In this document: in pieces, positions 1 to 20,994 of the stretch | Position numbering within the stretch: the first letter of the stretch is position 1 | Layout: each line of letters begins with the position of its first letter | The notes under the pieces: model-generated | What the model was told of the DNA's origin: nothing | Database searches by the model: none | What the model saw: the letters and a program-made list of their open reading frames with translations, nothing else | Made by a program: the position numbers and the translations under genes | Assembly (NCBI RefSeq): GCF_009914755.1 | Contig: NC_060944.1 | From: the human T2T-CHM13v2.0 reference genome, Homo sapiens | Strand: one strand, 5' to 3' | Length of the DNA: 64,000 nt

Positions 1-405
1 TCCCGACCTCAGGTGATCCACCCGCCTCGGCCTTCCAAAGTGGTGGGATTCCAGGCATGAGCCACCGTGACCAGCCTCTTTTTTTTTTTTTTTGATACAG
101 ACTCTAGCTGTGTATTTTTTTTGATACAGACTCCAGGCTGGAGTAAGGTGGCACAATCTCATCTTACTGCACCCTCGACCTCCTGGATTCAAGCAATCTT
201 CTCACATCAGCTTCCCAAGTAGCTGTGACTACAGGTGTGCACCACCACACCTGACTAATTTTTATTTTTTATTTAATTTGTAGAGATTAGGTTTCACCAT
301 GTTGCCTAAGCTGGTTTTGAACTCCTGGGCTCACGCAATCCTCCAGCCTTGGCCTTCCAAAGTGCTAGGATCACAGGCTTGAGCCACCATGCCCAGCAGT
401 ATTGA

Positions 406-711
<306 letters not shown>

Positions 712-1182
712 TGATCTACCCGCCTCGGCCCCCCAAAGTGCTGGGATTACAGGCACAAGCCACTGCGCCCAGCCTCTATGTTTAAAATTCTCTATAATGT
801 AAAAAAAAAAAAAAAAAAAAAAAAAGGGCAGGGTGATTACAGACTCTGGAGAGAGAGCTGTATCTAATTCTGACTCTGCCACACACTAGCTGTGTAACCT
901 TAGGGAAGTTATGCTCTGTCTCTGAGCTCAGTACCCTCATGCACAAAAGGGAGCTAGTAACAGCACCTTTCTCCAAGGACAGTGGTGGCACTCTGTGCTG
1001 ATGGCCATAAAGTGCGCAGTTCCTGGCAGACGGTAAATGCTGAGGGATGTGAGCCATTATCATCTTTTCTGCCACTCTGGACATAGCAACTTGGTGTTTT
1101 AAACTGGCCATGTCTGGAGGAAAGAAAGTCTCCTCTAAGAGAAAGCAATGACTCCAACTGCTAGCCTTGAAAAACCCATTTA

Positions 1183-1920
<738 letters not shown>

Positions 1921-2060
1921 CTACTTGGGAGGCTGAGGCAGGAGAATCACTTGAGCCCAGCAGTTTGAGTCCAGCCTAGGCAACATAATGAGGAAAAAAA
2001 TCAAAGATCTAATGTTCTGAAACATAAAAAACAACATAACACACACACATATGGCCTCAC

Positions 2061-2210
2061 CCCTTCCACTAGCACCAACTGGGTACAGCCCACAGAGGTC
2101 TGATTGGCTTTTGTTGCTTCTTCTCGGAAGATAGTGATGAGTTCCTCCAAACGCCTTAATTTTACCTCTTCCGGGACATCATCCTTCAGCCTATGATATG
2201 CCCGTGTCTT
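2061..2210 (-). CDS. CDK5RAP1: CDK5RAP1 exon 12 ([24 protein letters not shown]...VLVEG); gene continues past window start
   Basis: Long T tract plus aatag|AAG acceptor, GGG|GTGAG donor, 150 nt. Leads into the TRAM domain. Confidence 0.95.
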
Positions 2211-3495
2211 CTATTAAAAAAAAAAAAAAGAGAGAAGATGGAGGTCACCAAGGACTTGTAGAATCTATTCTTAATGCACAGAGGGGGACCATGTTCATTC
2301 TACCTACAAGTAACAGACACATGTACAGAAACCCAAGCCAGAGGCAAGAGGTTTCTCTGGCTCTGGGAGCATTCCAAGATAAAAAGGTAGTGGAGTCATA
2401 TTTTTGCAAGGGTTAAATTCTAAATTTAGCACATGAAAATCATAGACTCAAAATTACTCTTGATATTTATCCTAACGTTACACTTGTACATATACCAAAT
2501 GACTCACATATACTAGGTTACTCAGCAGTACTATTTATGAAGACATAAGATGCAATGCAGCCTAAATATTTCAATAGGCAAGTAGTCACAGAAATTATGG
2601 TTTATCTATACAATGGAATATTGTGCGGCTGTTAAACAGAATGATAGTTCTATATGTACTAATGTGGATTGTTCTCCAAAATCTACTGTTACTTGAAATA
2701 AGCAAAGTGCAGATCAACACATGTAACTTTAGTGTAGACAGAATACATACAGGCATGCTTATAAACACACGAAATATGCCCAGAAAGTTACAAAAGAAAT
2801 TGCTAAGTGGTTGCCTTCAGGGAAGGAACTAAAAAAACTAGGCAACCTGGGAAGAAGGAAGAACCACTCATGTACAGCACTTAACCTTTTGAATTTTATT
2901 CAAGCATGTATTACCTAGTCCAAAAGAAAAAAGGGAATTTATCCTTAAAACACCTTTAAATCATCCAAAACCACAGTGTGTATTATATCTTTATGACATG
3001 AGCTCATGCTCAGTACAGCTGGAGAACCACTGAGCTAGACAAAAATATGGAATAAAAGGAATATCTATATACCAAAGTTTGGACATTCAAACCAATCTAC
3101 CTTGAAGAGAAGTATCCACGGAGGAAAACGGAGAATCCTAAAAATATTGCAGAGTTTACTCCATTCTGTCTTACTACTAACAACAATAACTTACCTCTGT
3201 TGTGCATTTACTATGCATGAAACACAATTATAACTGCTTTAAACATATTATCTTACTTAATCCCCAGAACAACCCTATGAGGTTGGTACCAATGTTGGAA
3301 ACCAAGACATTTGCCCAATGTCACGTAGTTATTAAGCAGCAGAGGCACAATTTGAGTGCTTGCTCTCATCCACTAGGTTCTTGATTAAGTTCCTATAACC
3401 TTAACCCTTAGGAATTAGGTCCCAAAGTGAACATTCATATTCACTGACCGTAAGATGCTTCTGCCACAAGCTGAAAACCCATTTCCCATCCCTAG

Positions 3496-3744
<249 letters not shown>

Positions 3745-3813
3745 TAAGTGGTCCTCCCACCTCTACCAATCCTAGTATTAAAAAGAATTTCTCAGGCCGG
3801 GCACAGTGGCTCA

Positions 3814-4122
<309 letters not shown>

Positions 4123-4141
4123 TCACAAGGTCGAGAGATCA

Positions 4142-4465
<324 letters not shown>

Positions 4466-4499
4466 TCACGAGGTCAGGAGATTGAGACCATCCTGGCTA

Positions 4500-4823
<324 letters not shown>

Positions 4824-5701
4824 TTAAAATGAATTAGTTGAGGTGTCATGACTCACGCCTGTCATCTCAGCACTTTGAGAGAGCGTGGTGAAAGGACTGC
4901 CTGAGCCAGGAGTTTGAGACCAACCTGGACAGCATAGAAAGATACTGCCTCTTAAAAAAACAAAAAAATTAGTTTGGTTGATGGCAGCTCAGTAACAATG
5001 ACAATAAAGTCATGGGTTCAGTCGTTTGTCAGCCAGCTTTTCTGAGCCCCCTGGCCACAGGGGGCCTTCAACCTCCTGCCCAAACACAAGCACATTGCCA
5101 CAAAGGTGACTGAGGGAATGAGGAGTGAACCGTGCAAATCCATGCCTACAATCAAGAAAATGACAGCCAACCAGGACTATCCTTCTCTTCAGGAAAAGTG
5201 CACTAATCTCTCCTTCTTTCCTAATCTCCTTCTGCTTTGCCTGGGAATCTGCTTTGTTTCCTGGGAAGCCTCCAAGTGAGTTCACTTGCCTAGGAAAACA
5301 GAAGTTAGGAATCACTGAGGATGGCTGGGAAGATGACCAGGGGCCCCGGTAAAATAAATCACATCTGCAGACCAAAAAGGAGTTCTGCATGTTAAGAAAC
5401 AATTTTAGGTTTCTCGTAAAGAAAAGGTTTTCTCCTTCCATATTCAAATTGCAAACAATCTAAACATAATTTTAAAATATTTTAATGAGGAATACTGGCA
5501 CAGTAATCATGTATCATCAAATTGCTGAACCGTTTCAGAGTAGACAGAGTGTACTAGAAAAATGAACGGAAGTGAATCGTAAGAGCCTGTGGTTTCTCAA
5601 GGACTGCCTTGCCGCCACTCTCTTTTCTGCCCTGTTCTCTACAGTCACCACCCCCAAACTGGTCAGGAATGATGTCAGTCCTCCCCAACCCCAGGGCTCA
5701 C

Positions 5702-5832
5702 CTGTCTCATGCTGTAGGCAAAGAGGAAGCCCATGTTGTACTGAACTTCCCGGAGCAAAGAGACTGTCTGGACGTGATCTTCCTCCGTCTCACCACAAAA
5801 GCCAGCAATGAAATCGCTGCTGAGGCTCACAC
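5702..5832 (-). CDS. CDK5RAP1: CDK5RAP1 exon 11 ([19 protein letters not shown]...FAYSMRQ)
   Basis: cacag|GT acceptor, CAG|GTGAG donor, 131 nt. SDFIxGFxGET motif. Confidence 0.96.
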
Positions 5833-6771
5833 CTGTGATACACAGCAAAGGATGACAGGTGACTGCCTGCTGTTTACCTTCAAGGGAGGCCTTCAGCATA
5901 TGTGGATTACAAGGGAGGGATAGCAACTGTAAGGTCCTCCCTAGGACTATTCATAAGTAAAACAAAATAGTACAGAGTAAGGCGGGATAGGCCTGTTCAC
6001 CCACAGCATTCCATGACAGAGATCAGCTTCTTGGCCTACATTTCCCCTAAGCACTAGAAAAGGTATTTCCACTTCCAATGCTGCATTTAGGGACACAGTA
6101 GGGAGTCCACATTTTCATATCAGTCCTCTTACCAGTGAAAACCTTGTGGTGCTTCATACAAAAATATATTTCTGAATTTGGTTTGATACAATGGTCATCT
6201 AAGACAGTAGCAGCCGTTGCATGCGGTAGCTCACCCCTGTAATCCCAGCACTTTGAGAGGCCAAGGTGGGCGGATCACTTGAGGTCAGGAGTTCGAGACC
6301 AGCCTGGCCAATAGGCAAAATCCCATCTCTACAAAAAATACAAAAATTGACCAGGCAGGGTGGTATTCAAGTGTAGTCCCAGCTACTCAGGAGGCTGAGG
6401 TGGGAGGATCACCTGAGCCCAGGGAGGTCAAGGCTGCAGTGAACTGTGTTCATGCCACTGCATTCCAGCCTGGGCGACAGAATGATAACCTATCCCCCAC
6501 CAAAAAAATTATTCCAGTGACCCAGTGAGGTGAGTACTATTAACTCCATTTTACAGATGAGAAAGCTGCATCCCACAGAAATGAAGTCTCTTATCTGCTA
6601 TCACACAGCCTGTAACAGTGGAGCTTGACCCATAGCCACATACCTAGCCTCTGCATTACCCTGCCCTATCAAAACGAAAGTATTTGTCCATAAAAGTTAA
6701 AATAATTAGGCCAGGTGCAGTGGCTCATGCCTGTAATCCCACCACTTTGGCAGGCTGAGGCGGGCAGATCA

Positions 6772-7044
<273 letters not shown>

Positions 7045-7845
7045 CTAAACTAAATGACTACAGAGTATTTTATTAGGAGGAAGGGGACAGTGAAGGGGAA
7101 TATGGAATAAGATAATACGAAAGGAATTATCTCTAAAATTTACAGTAATAAGTTGCCATAAAGCTAGTTAGAAAAAGTACACATTTTACTGCTGATCTGT
7201 ACAATCATCTTTATACCTACATTTCCTCATTTCATCAAGACTTCTCTGAAGCATATCTGAAAATAAACAACACTGTAACTGCTTTCTTTTCCCACCTAAC
7301 CTGGAAGTTCCCCAAAGGCATAATCTAAGTGTTATTCTCTCCATATTATGCTTAAAGTATTCTAACTCAAAAGTGATTTTAAAATGTATCTGTAAAATCG
7401 GCCTCAAAAAGAAAGTCAAATGTGGTATAAAATATAGAAAATGAAGATGAATAAATAAGAATAGTAAGTTCTTATTTCTAAAAAAAAAAAAAAAAAGATA
7501 TCAATTGTTCTCAAATCAGAACTAATTTAGACATAACTTTGTCACCTTACAAGATAAGATAAGGTCTTTCCTCTATGTCCAGATACAAAGACCATAGAAA
7601 AGGAATCTCTATAGCCTTGAGGCCACAAGGTGATCCACACCTAAGTACTTCCAGCAGGACTAAGACAACAAAAAATCAGAAAGACATAAAAGAAAGAATA
7701 CGAGGAGAGAGAAAGAGAAAGAAGAAGAGCACAAAAGTTATGAAACTGTGTCACAAGGAAATGCCAAAGGTGTTGACTGTATCTAACCACAAGGCTGGTC
7801 ACTGGTAGAGTAACATGCTCAGCAGAATGAGTTTCTTAAATGTAC

Positions 7846-7901
7846 CTGGAATAGATTCTCTAATATGGTGAACTAACTCCACATAAGCTTCTCTTGAATA
7901 T
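7846..7901 (-). CDS. CDK5RAP1: CDK5RAP1 exon 10 (YSREAYVELVHHIRESIP)
   Basis: ttgcag|A acceptor, CCAG|GTACA donor, 56 nt, phase 2->1. Confidence 0.94.
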
Positions 7902-8280
7902 CTGCAATAAAGAACAAAAGGAAAAGGCCTACATAAATCCAACCTTTTTAAATGAATGCTATAAAAAGATAACACTATGAATTTCCACATGTAATCACTT
8001 CTCATCCACATGGCAGGGCACACGAGTAAATTAAAGTATCCAAAAGAGCCCTTTTGATCTAAGCTGTATCTTCTAATCTAATCTAGAGCCTATGAATTTT
8101 TATTTAAGGACATAAACTTTTTTTTTTTTTTTTGAGACAGAGTCTCGCTCTGTCTCTCAGGCTGGAGTGCAATGGCACAATCTCGGTTCACTGCAACTCA
8201 AATTCCTGGGCTCAAGTGATCCTTCCACCTCAGCCTCTTGAGTAGCTGGGACCACAGATGTGCGCCACCACACCCAGCTA

Positions 8281-8350
8281 GTGTGTGTGTGTGTCTGTGT
8301 GTCTGTATGTGTGTGTGTATGTGTGTAGAGACTGGGTTTCGCCATGTTGC

Positions 8351-8389
<39 letters not shown>

Positions 8390-8575
8390 TGTGTGTGTAG
8401 GGACTGGGTTTCACCATGTTGCCCAGGTGTGTGCATGTGTGTGTGTGTGTGTGTGTGTAGGGACTGGGTTTCACCATGTTGCCCAGGTGTGTGTTTGTGT
8501 GTGTAGAGACTGGGTTTCGCCATGTTGCCCAGGTGTGTGTGTGTGTAAAGACTGGGTTTCCCCATGTTGCACAAG
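8281..8575 (+). repeat. Composite minisatellite: 5 x [(TG)n + ~28-bp Alu fragment]
   Basis: agagactgggtttc(g/a/c)ccatgttgcccag recurs at ~8327, 8399, 8459, 8505 and 8547, separated by TG tracts. Confidence 0.9.
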
Positions 8576-8971
8576 CTGGTCTATTCTCAAACTACTGAGC
8601 TCAGGCAATCTGCCCACCACAGTCTCCCAAAGTGCTTGGATTACAGGCAGAAGCCACAGTGCCTGGCCAGCATAAACTATTCTAAATAGCTTTTTTTATT
8701 TAACTAATAAATCTAGACAGATTAAACATTTTAGAGGACCTCTAAAATACTATGCCCTGTGGAAAACAAGACAAAGCACTAATTCCATACAGCTTGCCTT
8801 GGGACAGATTCTCCCTTCAGTCTCATCTGTGTAATACTTATTATTCTCAAAGAAAGTGAACACATAGAGCGACATTTAAATTCCAAGATGTAACAAAACC
8901 TTAATGTTAACATTAAAAAATTAAAATCTCAGAGTGTGCCACACCATAGGTGCTTAATTAAAAAAAAACAT

Positions 8972-9232
8972 ACTAAACAGTGAAAATGGATGACCCAGTC
9001 CTTAGCCTATGTTATGGAGTTAGCGAAGCAAGCTCCAGTGCCCTGTGGCTTAGTCATACAATAAATACTTACTGTCACACAGTGGCTGCTCAGTAAATAT
9101 TTATGCTTTTTAAACTAAACAGTGAAAATGGGTGACCAGTCCTTAGCCTTTGCTTATGAAGTGAGCAGAAGCAAACTCCAGTGCCCAGTGGCTTAGTCAT
9201 ACAATAAATATTTACTGAGCAGCTACTTTGTG
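8972..9232. repeat. ~103-bp diverged direct duplication with an inverted segment at the junction
   Basis: 8972-9074 resembles 9114-9217; 9076-9104 is the reverse complement of 9204-9232. Confidence 0.85.
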
Positions 9233-9329
9233 CCACACACTATGCTAGGTTCTTGGCAACAAGGACACTGTTTGGTCATTAAGGAAACATGGAAAAGTGA
9301 GGGATGCCCCCTCTCCAAGCAAGCCTGAC

Positions 9330-9427
9330 CCCCTCCGCATGGCCTCCAACACACGGCTGCTTCCACTCTGGGCTGGCAGGTGGATCTGTTTACAGATGTT
9401 ATCTCTCTCATGAATCAGCTGCAGAAC
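9330..9427 (-). CDS. CDK5RAP1: CDK5RAP1 exon 9 ([33 protein letters not shown])
   Basis: catcag|GTT acceptor, GG|GTCAGG donor, 98 nt. HLPxQSGS MTTase motif. Confidence 0.95.
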
Positions 9428-9544
9428 CTGATGAAACAGAACACATTATAGGTAATCACAATCTCACCAAAGAACCTTACAGAAAGCAATACCGCTCTTA
9501 CTATGTATCCTCCAAGGTCAATTTTCACATAATTAAGAGGCTAA

Positions 9545-10227
<683 letters not shown>

Positions 10228-10263
10228 TTAAAAGAAGAAAAAAGAAAAAAAAAGATACCATCA

Positions 10264-10506
<243 letters not shown>

Positions 10507-10898
10507 TCAGGAGGTTGAGGCAGGAGAATCACTTGAACCCGGGAGGCAGAGGTTGCAGTGAGGCCAGATCACACCACTGCGCTCTAGCCTGGGTGACAGA
10601 GCGAGACTCCATCTCAAAAAAAAAAAAAAAAGAAAAAGAAAAGAAAAGAAAACATAAAGAGAACACATTCCAGTCTCTCTCCTCCATTGCAAGAAAGGCT
10701 CCTTTGCAGTGGTCAAAAAAATAAAGGATATGTAAAGAACTTTTACAACTCAATAAGAAGACAATCCAGAGGAAAAAAGATGAAAGTCGGGGCCAAAAGA
10801 AAGACTTTTCACTGAAACAAAAAACCTCCAAAAAAAGGTTTCAGATGTGGGCTACCTACTCCATGCCAGGCACTGTGCTAAGTACCTTTGACACAATA

Positions 10899-13828
<2,930 letters not shown>

Positions 13829-14137
13829 TATCTATTTCACAACAACCCAAAGCAGGAGGTAATTGTTAACCCCTTATTAACCCCATTTTACAGATAAAGA
13901 TGAAAAGTTGAAAACATCACATGCTCGCTGGTAAAACAGTGGAAAAGCTGAGATTTGAACCCGGGTCTGAGGCGAAAGTCTGGGCTGTTTCCCAGAGCAC
14001 CACATCACCTCCTTCCTGTCCACCCCACACCACCATTACCGCCCCACCACCATTATTACCACTCAGCTGCCCACTTTGTAACAAATCCTCTCTGTACAGC
14101 CCTCACGGTCCCGCAGGTGGTCTTAACCTCCCGCTGA

Positions 14138-14386
<249 letters not shown>

Positions 14387-14674
14387 TAGAGACGGGGTTT
14401 CGCCATGTTGCCCAGGCTGGTTTCCAACTCCTGAGCTCAAGTAATCCACCTGCCTCAGCGTCTCCAAGTGTTGAGATTATTGGTGTAAGCCCCGTGCCCA
14501 GCCACTGGTGGACTTCAAATCTTCAAAGGACCAGCAGATCTGGAGGGTGATGCAGCAATACCCCACAGGATCCCTAAGCAGGACTCCAGGTCTCTGCTGC
14601 ATCCCTACTGGGTCCAGCCTTTGGCATGCTCAAGAATACTAATATCAGTTTGTCACAGCTAACCTGACGCTCAC

Positions 14675-14905
14675 CTCATCAGGAAAATCCTTGGGGTGGG
14701 GAGAGGTAAAACGGATCCTCATTTCAGGATCTACTCTGGAGACCTGATCCAGAAGATGAGCAAAACGAAGTCCTCCTTGCTTGGTTTTATAGTTGGTGGT
14801 AAAGCCACGACTGAGATTGGTAGGCACTGCACTGTTGAACTGGACCTCCGAATTGTCCCGAAAACTATTAACATTCTGACCAAGAAGTGTCACTTCTTTC
14901 AGCCC
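14675..14905 (-). CDS. CDK5RAP1: CDK5RAP1 exon 8 (GLKEVTLLGQNVNSF...RIRFTSPHPKDFPDE)
   Basis: tttag|GGG acceptor, GAG|GTGAG donor, 231 nt. MiaB LLGQNVN and RFTSPHP motifs. Confidence 0.97.
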
Positions 14906-15439
14906 CTAAACATGGGAAAATATATTGGAATTTTAAAACTTTTGGGTAGCTTCATAAAAAAACACTAATTAAAAATTAGCTGAAATTAACATATCTTTTG
15001 TTTTAAACAAAAGAAAAATCGAACCTACCAAGAGTCACCTATAAGTGTGTTGTGTCTATAACCGAATAATTTCAAGCTTAGACATCTTACCTAAAGAGCT
15101 AAACCTAATAAAGCCTTATATAAAAATTAATCTTCAAAACATTATTTAGAATCAAAACTGGAAACAAACTCAATAATCCACAATAATGGTTAATTTATGA
15201 TAGATCTGTCATTTGAATGTTATACACCATGACTATATAAAGTATTCTCACCAGAAATATTTAACCTGAACTAATCAAGCTTTTACACCTAACTTCCAGT
15301 TACTAGAATTCACAGAGATATATTAAATGACAACATGAGGAAAAAATCAGACAAAGGAGACTCATGTCTGATCTCTTCAAAAAGTTAATGCATCATTTAA
15401 AGAAAACAACAACAACAAAAAATAAAAGAGCTGTTTTAG

Positions 15440-15634
<195 letters not shown>

Positions 15635-16053
15635 TAAACTCCTAAACTCAAGCAATCCTCCCACCTCAGCCTCCCAAAGTGTCTGGCTTAAATAACTATT
15701 GATTTTCATACATATGATAATGATATCATGGTTATGAAGAGAAAAATTGTTACTCATAGAAGATACATACTGAAGTATCTAGGGGCAAGTGTCCTGAGGT
15801 CTACAAATTACTTCAAATGGTTCAGAAAAAATACATTTATGGGTGCATGGAGATAGGTGTATGACAAAATGTTAACAATCACGTTTTTCTATTATACTAG
15901 TCTTTCTATTTGTCTGTTTGAAAATTTATATTATAGGCCAGGTGCAGTGGCTCCCTCCTGAAATCCCAGTACTTTGGGAGGCCAAGGTGGGCGGATCACA
16001 CGGTCAGGAGTTCAGACCAGCCTGGCTAACATGGTGAAATCCCTTCTCTACTA

Positions 16054-16258
<205 letters not shown>

Positions 16259-17789
16259 CTAAAAAAGACTTGTTTTGTAACTTTGACATAATTTACAGAC
16301 AAACTGCAATATTAAAAGAATTCCCATATACTCTTTGCCCAAATTCATCAAATGTTAACACTGCACCCCATTTGTTTATCATTCACATTCAGACACTCAT
16401 ATACACTCTCTCTCAACACACATATGACTACATTTTTTTTTAAGCCTTCTGAGAAAAAGTCACAGATATCATACTCTTTTACTTCCAAATATTTTAGTAT
16501 ATATTTCTTAAAAACAAGGGCATTCTCCTATATAATTTCAGGACAATTATCAAAATCAGAAATATTGATACAACACTATTATCTACTTTCCATAAATCAA
16601 ATGTTACCAATAGTCCAAATAATGTTTTGTTGTTGTTGTTGTTGTTATTGTTGTTTTTTGAGACAGAGTCTCACTCTGTTGCCCAGGCTGGAGTGCACTA
16701 GCGTGATCTTGGCTCACTGCAATCTCCGCCTCCCAGGTCCAAGCGATTCTCCTGCCTCAGCCTCCTGAGTAGCTGGGACTACAGGCGTGTGTCACCACGC
16801 CAGGCTAACTTTTTGTATTTTTTAGTAGAGACGGGTTTTGCCAAGTTGCCCAGGCTAGTCTCAAACTCCGGAGCTCAGACAATCTGCACACCATGGTCTC
16901 CCAAAATGCTAGGATTACAGGTGTGAGCCACCACGCCCAGCCCAAATAATGTTCTTTATAACATTTTTTTCCCTGATCAGAATCCCAATCGAGGACCGTG
17001 CGATGCATTTAGTTGTCATAACTCCAGTCTCCATAAAGGCTATTTATTTGTGTAAGTTGTGACATATTGTTAATCTAAAAAGCAGGATATACTAAATGCA
17101 ATGTGGATCCTAGATTGGATCCTGGAAACGAAGTAAGACATTAGTGGAGAAACTGGCAAAATCCAAATAAAGTCTGAAGAGAGTTAATAGTAACATACCA
17201 ATATTAATCTCTTAGTTTTTGCTTTGTTTGTTTTGTAATAGAGACAGCAGCTCCCAGTGTTGCCCAGGCTGGTCTTGAACTCCTACGCTCAAGGCACCCT
17301 CCTGCCTTGGCCTCCCAAAGTGCTGGGATTACAGCACCAAAAAATGTACCAAAGAAAGATGGCAATGCTCGAGGAAACTCTCTTTGCAACTTTCCTGTAA
17401 ATGTAAAGTCATTCCAAAACAAAAAGTTTATTAAAAAGTAGGATATAAAACTAAGTAAAATACACACACATATATAAAAAGACATACAAACCAAATGCAG
17501 AATGACTTAAGGAACAATTGGGGAACTCCGAATAAGGATGAACTGGAATGAGACAGTATTTAGCAATTTTTGTTAATCTTACTGGAAGAACTAATGGTAT
17601 TAAAAATATTCTTGGCCAGACACGGTGGCTCATGCCTGTAATCCTAGCACTTTAGGAGGCCAAGGCGGGTAGATCACCTGAGGTCAGGAGTTCGAGACCA
17701 GCCTGCCCAACATGGTGAAACCCCGTCTCTACTAAAAATACAAAAATGAGCTAAGTATGGTGGCGCATGCCTGTAGTCCCATTTACTCA

Positions 17790-17930
<141 letters not shown>

Positions 17931-18235
17931 TTAGCAGCACATGGTGGTACGTGCCTATAATCCCAGCTACTCAGGAGGCTGAGGCAGGAGGATCACTTGA
18001 GTCCCGGGGGCAGAGGTTGCAGTGAGCCAAGATCATAACACTGCACTCCAGCCTGGGCAACAGAACAAGACTCTGTCTCAAAATAAATAAATAAATAAGT
18101 AAATAAATAAATAGGCCAGGCACAGTGGCTCACACCTGTAATCCTAGCCCTTTGGGAGGCTGAGCCGGGTGAATCACCTGAGGTCAGGAGTTTGAGACTA
18201 AGCCTGGCCAACATGGTGAAACCCCATCTCTACTA

Positions 18236-18394
<159 letters not shown>

Positions 18395-18693
18395 TCAAAA
18401 ATAAATAAATAAATAAATAATAAAAAGATTTTTAAATGTTTAAAAAAGAAAATATCCTTATTTTTTAGAGATGCATACTGAAGGATGAAACAACATGCTC
18501 TACTTTGAAATACGTTTTCAATAAGAAAAAAATAAATGAGGCCAGGCGTAGTGGGCTCACACCTGTAATCCCAGCACTTTGGGAGGCCGAGGCGGGTGGA
18601 TCACTTGAGATCAGGAGTTTGAGACCAGCCTAACATGGTGAAACCCCGTCTCTATTAAAAATACAAAAATTAAGCCAGGCACAGTGGCTCTTA

Positions 18694-19182
<489 letters not shown>

Positions 19183-19999
19183 TTAGCTGGGGCAGAGGGG
19201 TCATTATACTATTCCCTCTTTTCAGTATATTTAAGTATTTTTCATATAAAAAGATTAAAAAGACTTTTTATAAAAGTTGCTTATTTAGAAGACTTCCAAT
19301 AGATAACCATTGTTTGAATGAATAAACGGACATTCTGTTAAAGGTACAATATTCTATACTCTTTGCAACTGTAGTCTAAAAAATCTAAATGAAAGAAAAA
19401 AAATCTTTAAAAATTACTAAACAAGCAAAATTATTAAGTGACTAACAGATACTTTAAAATACAAGTAAAATCTTAATTTTCCACAAGTCTATGGCCTTGA
19501 ATTCACTAAGATTCACTTTAATGTTATTAAGTTCCTTCTTTTATAGGCAAATGGCCTAGAAAGGTTGGGGAGTTTTGTCACCATCTCAGTCTATTTAAAC
19601 AGAATGTCTCTATCCTGAAGGAGTGAGTTTTGGTACTGAGGGAGAGCTGGAAGGGGAGAGGAAGGAGACAACTTTAGACCAGGAAGCACTTGGAGAGGTG
19701 GGGTATGGAAAATGCCTCACAGAGCAGGGGAGCAGCTAGGGGCCAAATCAAGGAACTGATTATCTGGGGGTAGGGCAAGAGAAGACAGCACTGCCAGAAT
19801 GTGAGGATGATAGCAAACTGGTGACTTAGAACTAGAGCAGGGAGGCCAGGCACAGTGGCTCATGACTGTAATCCCAGCACTTTGGGAGGCCAAGACAGTA
19901 GGATTACTTGATCCCAGGAGTTCTAGACCAGCCTGGGCAGCATAGTGAGACCTCATCTCTACAAATAATTAAAAAATTCACTGGGCGTGGTGGCACCTA

Positions 20000-20248
<249 letters not shown>

Positions 20249-20873
20249 CTATTGTCCTCTTCTGCAGGGGTAGCAGATTCAGGCCCGGGGCTAAGGAAAA
20301 GACCTCCTCAAAAGCTGAGGACCAGCTCCCAGTGGGAGAAAGAAGAGCAGATCTCCCCTGTGGCTTCTGATCCACCTTACTCCCCTCATCTATTCTGTCC
20401 CTCAACTAGTGAGCTGGCTCAGTGATAAAATGAACAATAAATCTGGGAGTTTTTCCTGGAAGAGACAAATTCATAATTTCTCAAAAACTTAGCTATGTGC
20501 CAGGTAATTTAAAAACTTTTCCTCCAATCCTTCTAATAACCCTGCAAGCAAGGTATTATTTTATTCTCTTTTCACAGATGAGGAAACTGCATTACGACGA
20601 CAGTTAAATTGACATGCCTAGGAACCAAGCCAGAATTCACACTCCATCACCTGACTGTAATCTCATGCCCTCTCCATCCACCATGCTGCCTCCATAGTGG
20701 AGCTCTGTAATTTGTGGGCAATAAACCAATGATGTACACAAAAGTAGTTCTTTCTGGCCAGGCATGGTCCTAAACTTTAATAAGTCAGAGACAGCATAGG
20801 CTCAAAACTACAAAGGTTATCCTCATCCTCCCCCAAACATGTTCACAGCAAGAAAGCCTGGAGAACTCTTCAC

Positions 20874-20994
20874 CTGCTCAGAAAGCTTCTTCACTTCCTC
20901 TAGAATGGAGGCAATAGGCCGACTCCTCTCCCTGCCCCGGGTGAAAGGAACAATGCAGTAGCTACACATGTTGTCACAGCCTCGCATGATTGAC
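20874..20994 (-). CDS. CDK5RAP1: CDK5RAP1 exon 7 ([25 protein letters not shown]...LSEQ), radical-SAM CxxxCxxC motif
   Basis: ctccag|GTCA acceptor, CAG|GTGAAG donor, 121 nt. CDNMCSYC read directly from the sequence. Confidence 0.97.

Noticed and set aside
8281-8575. CRISPR-like repeat/spacer appearance
   Set aside because: Repeats are Alu fragments and spacers are TG microsatellite; human context, no cas genes.
8972-9217. Possible tandem intronic snoRNAs
   Set aside because: No convincing C/D (RUGAUGA/CUGA with terminal stem) or H/ACA architecture on the host strand; an Rfam/Infernal search would be decisive.
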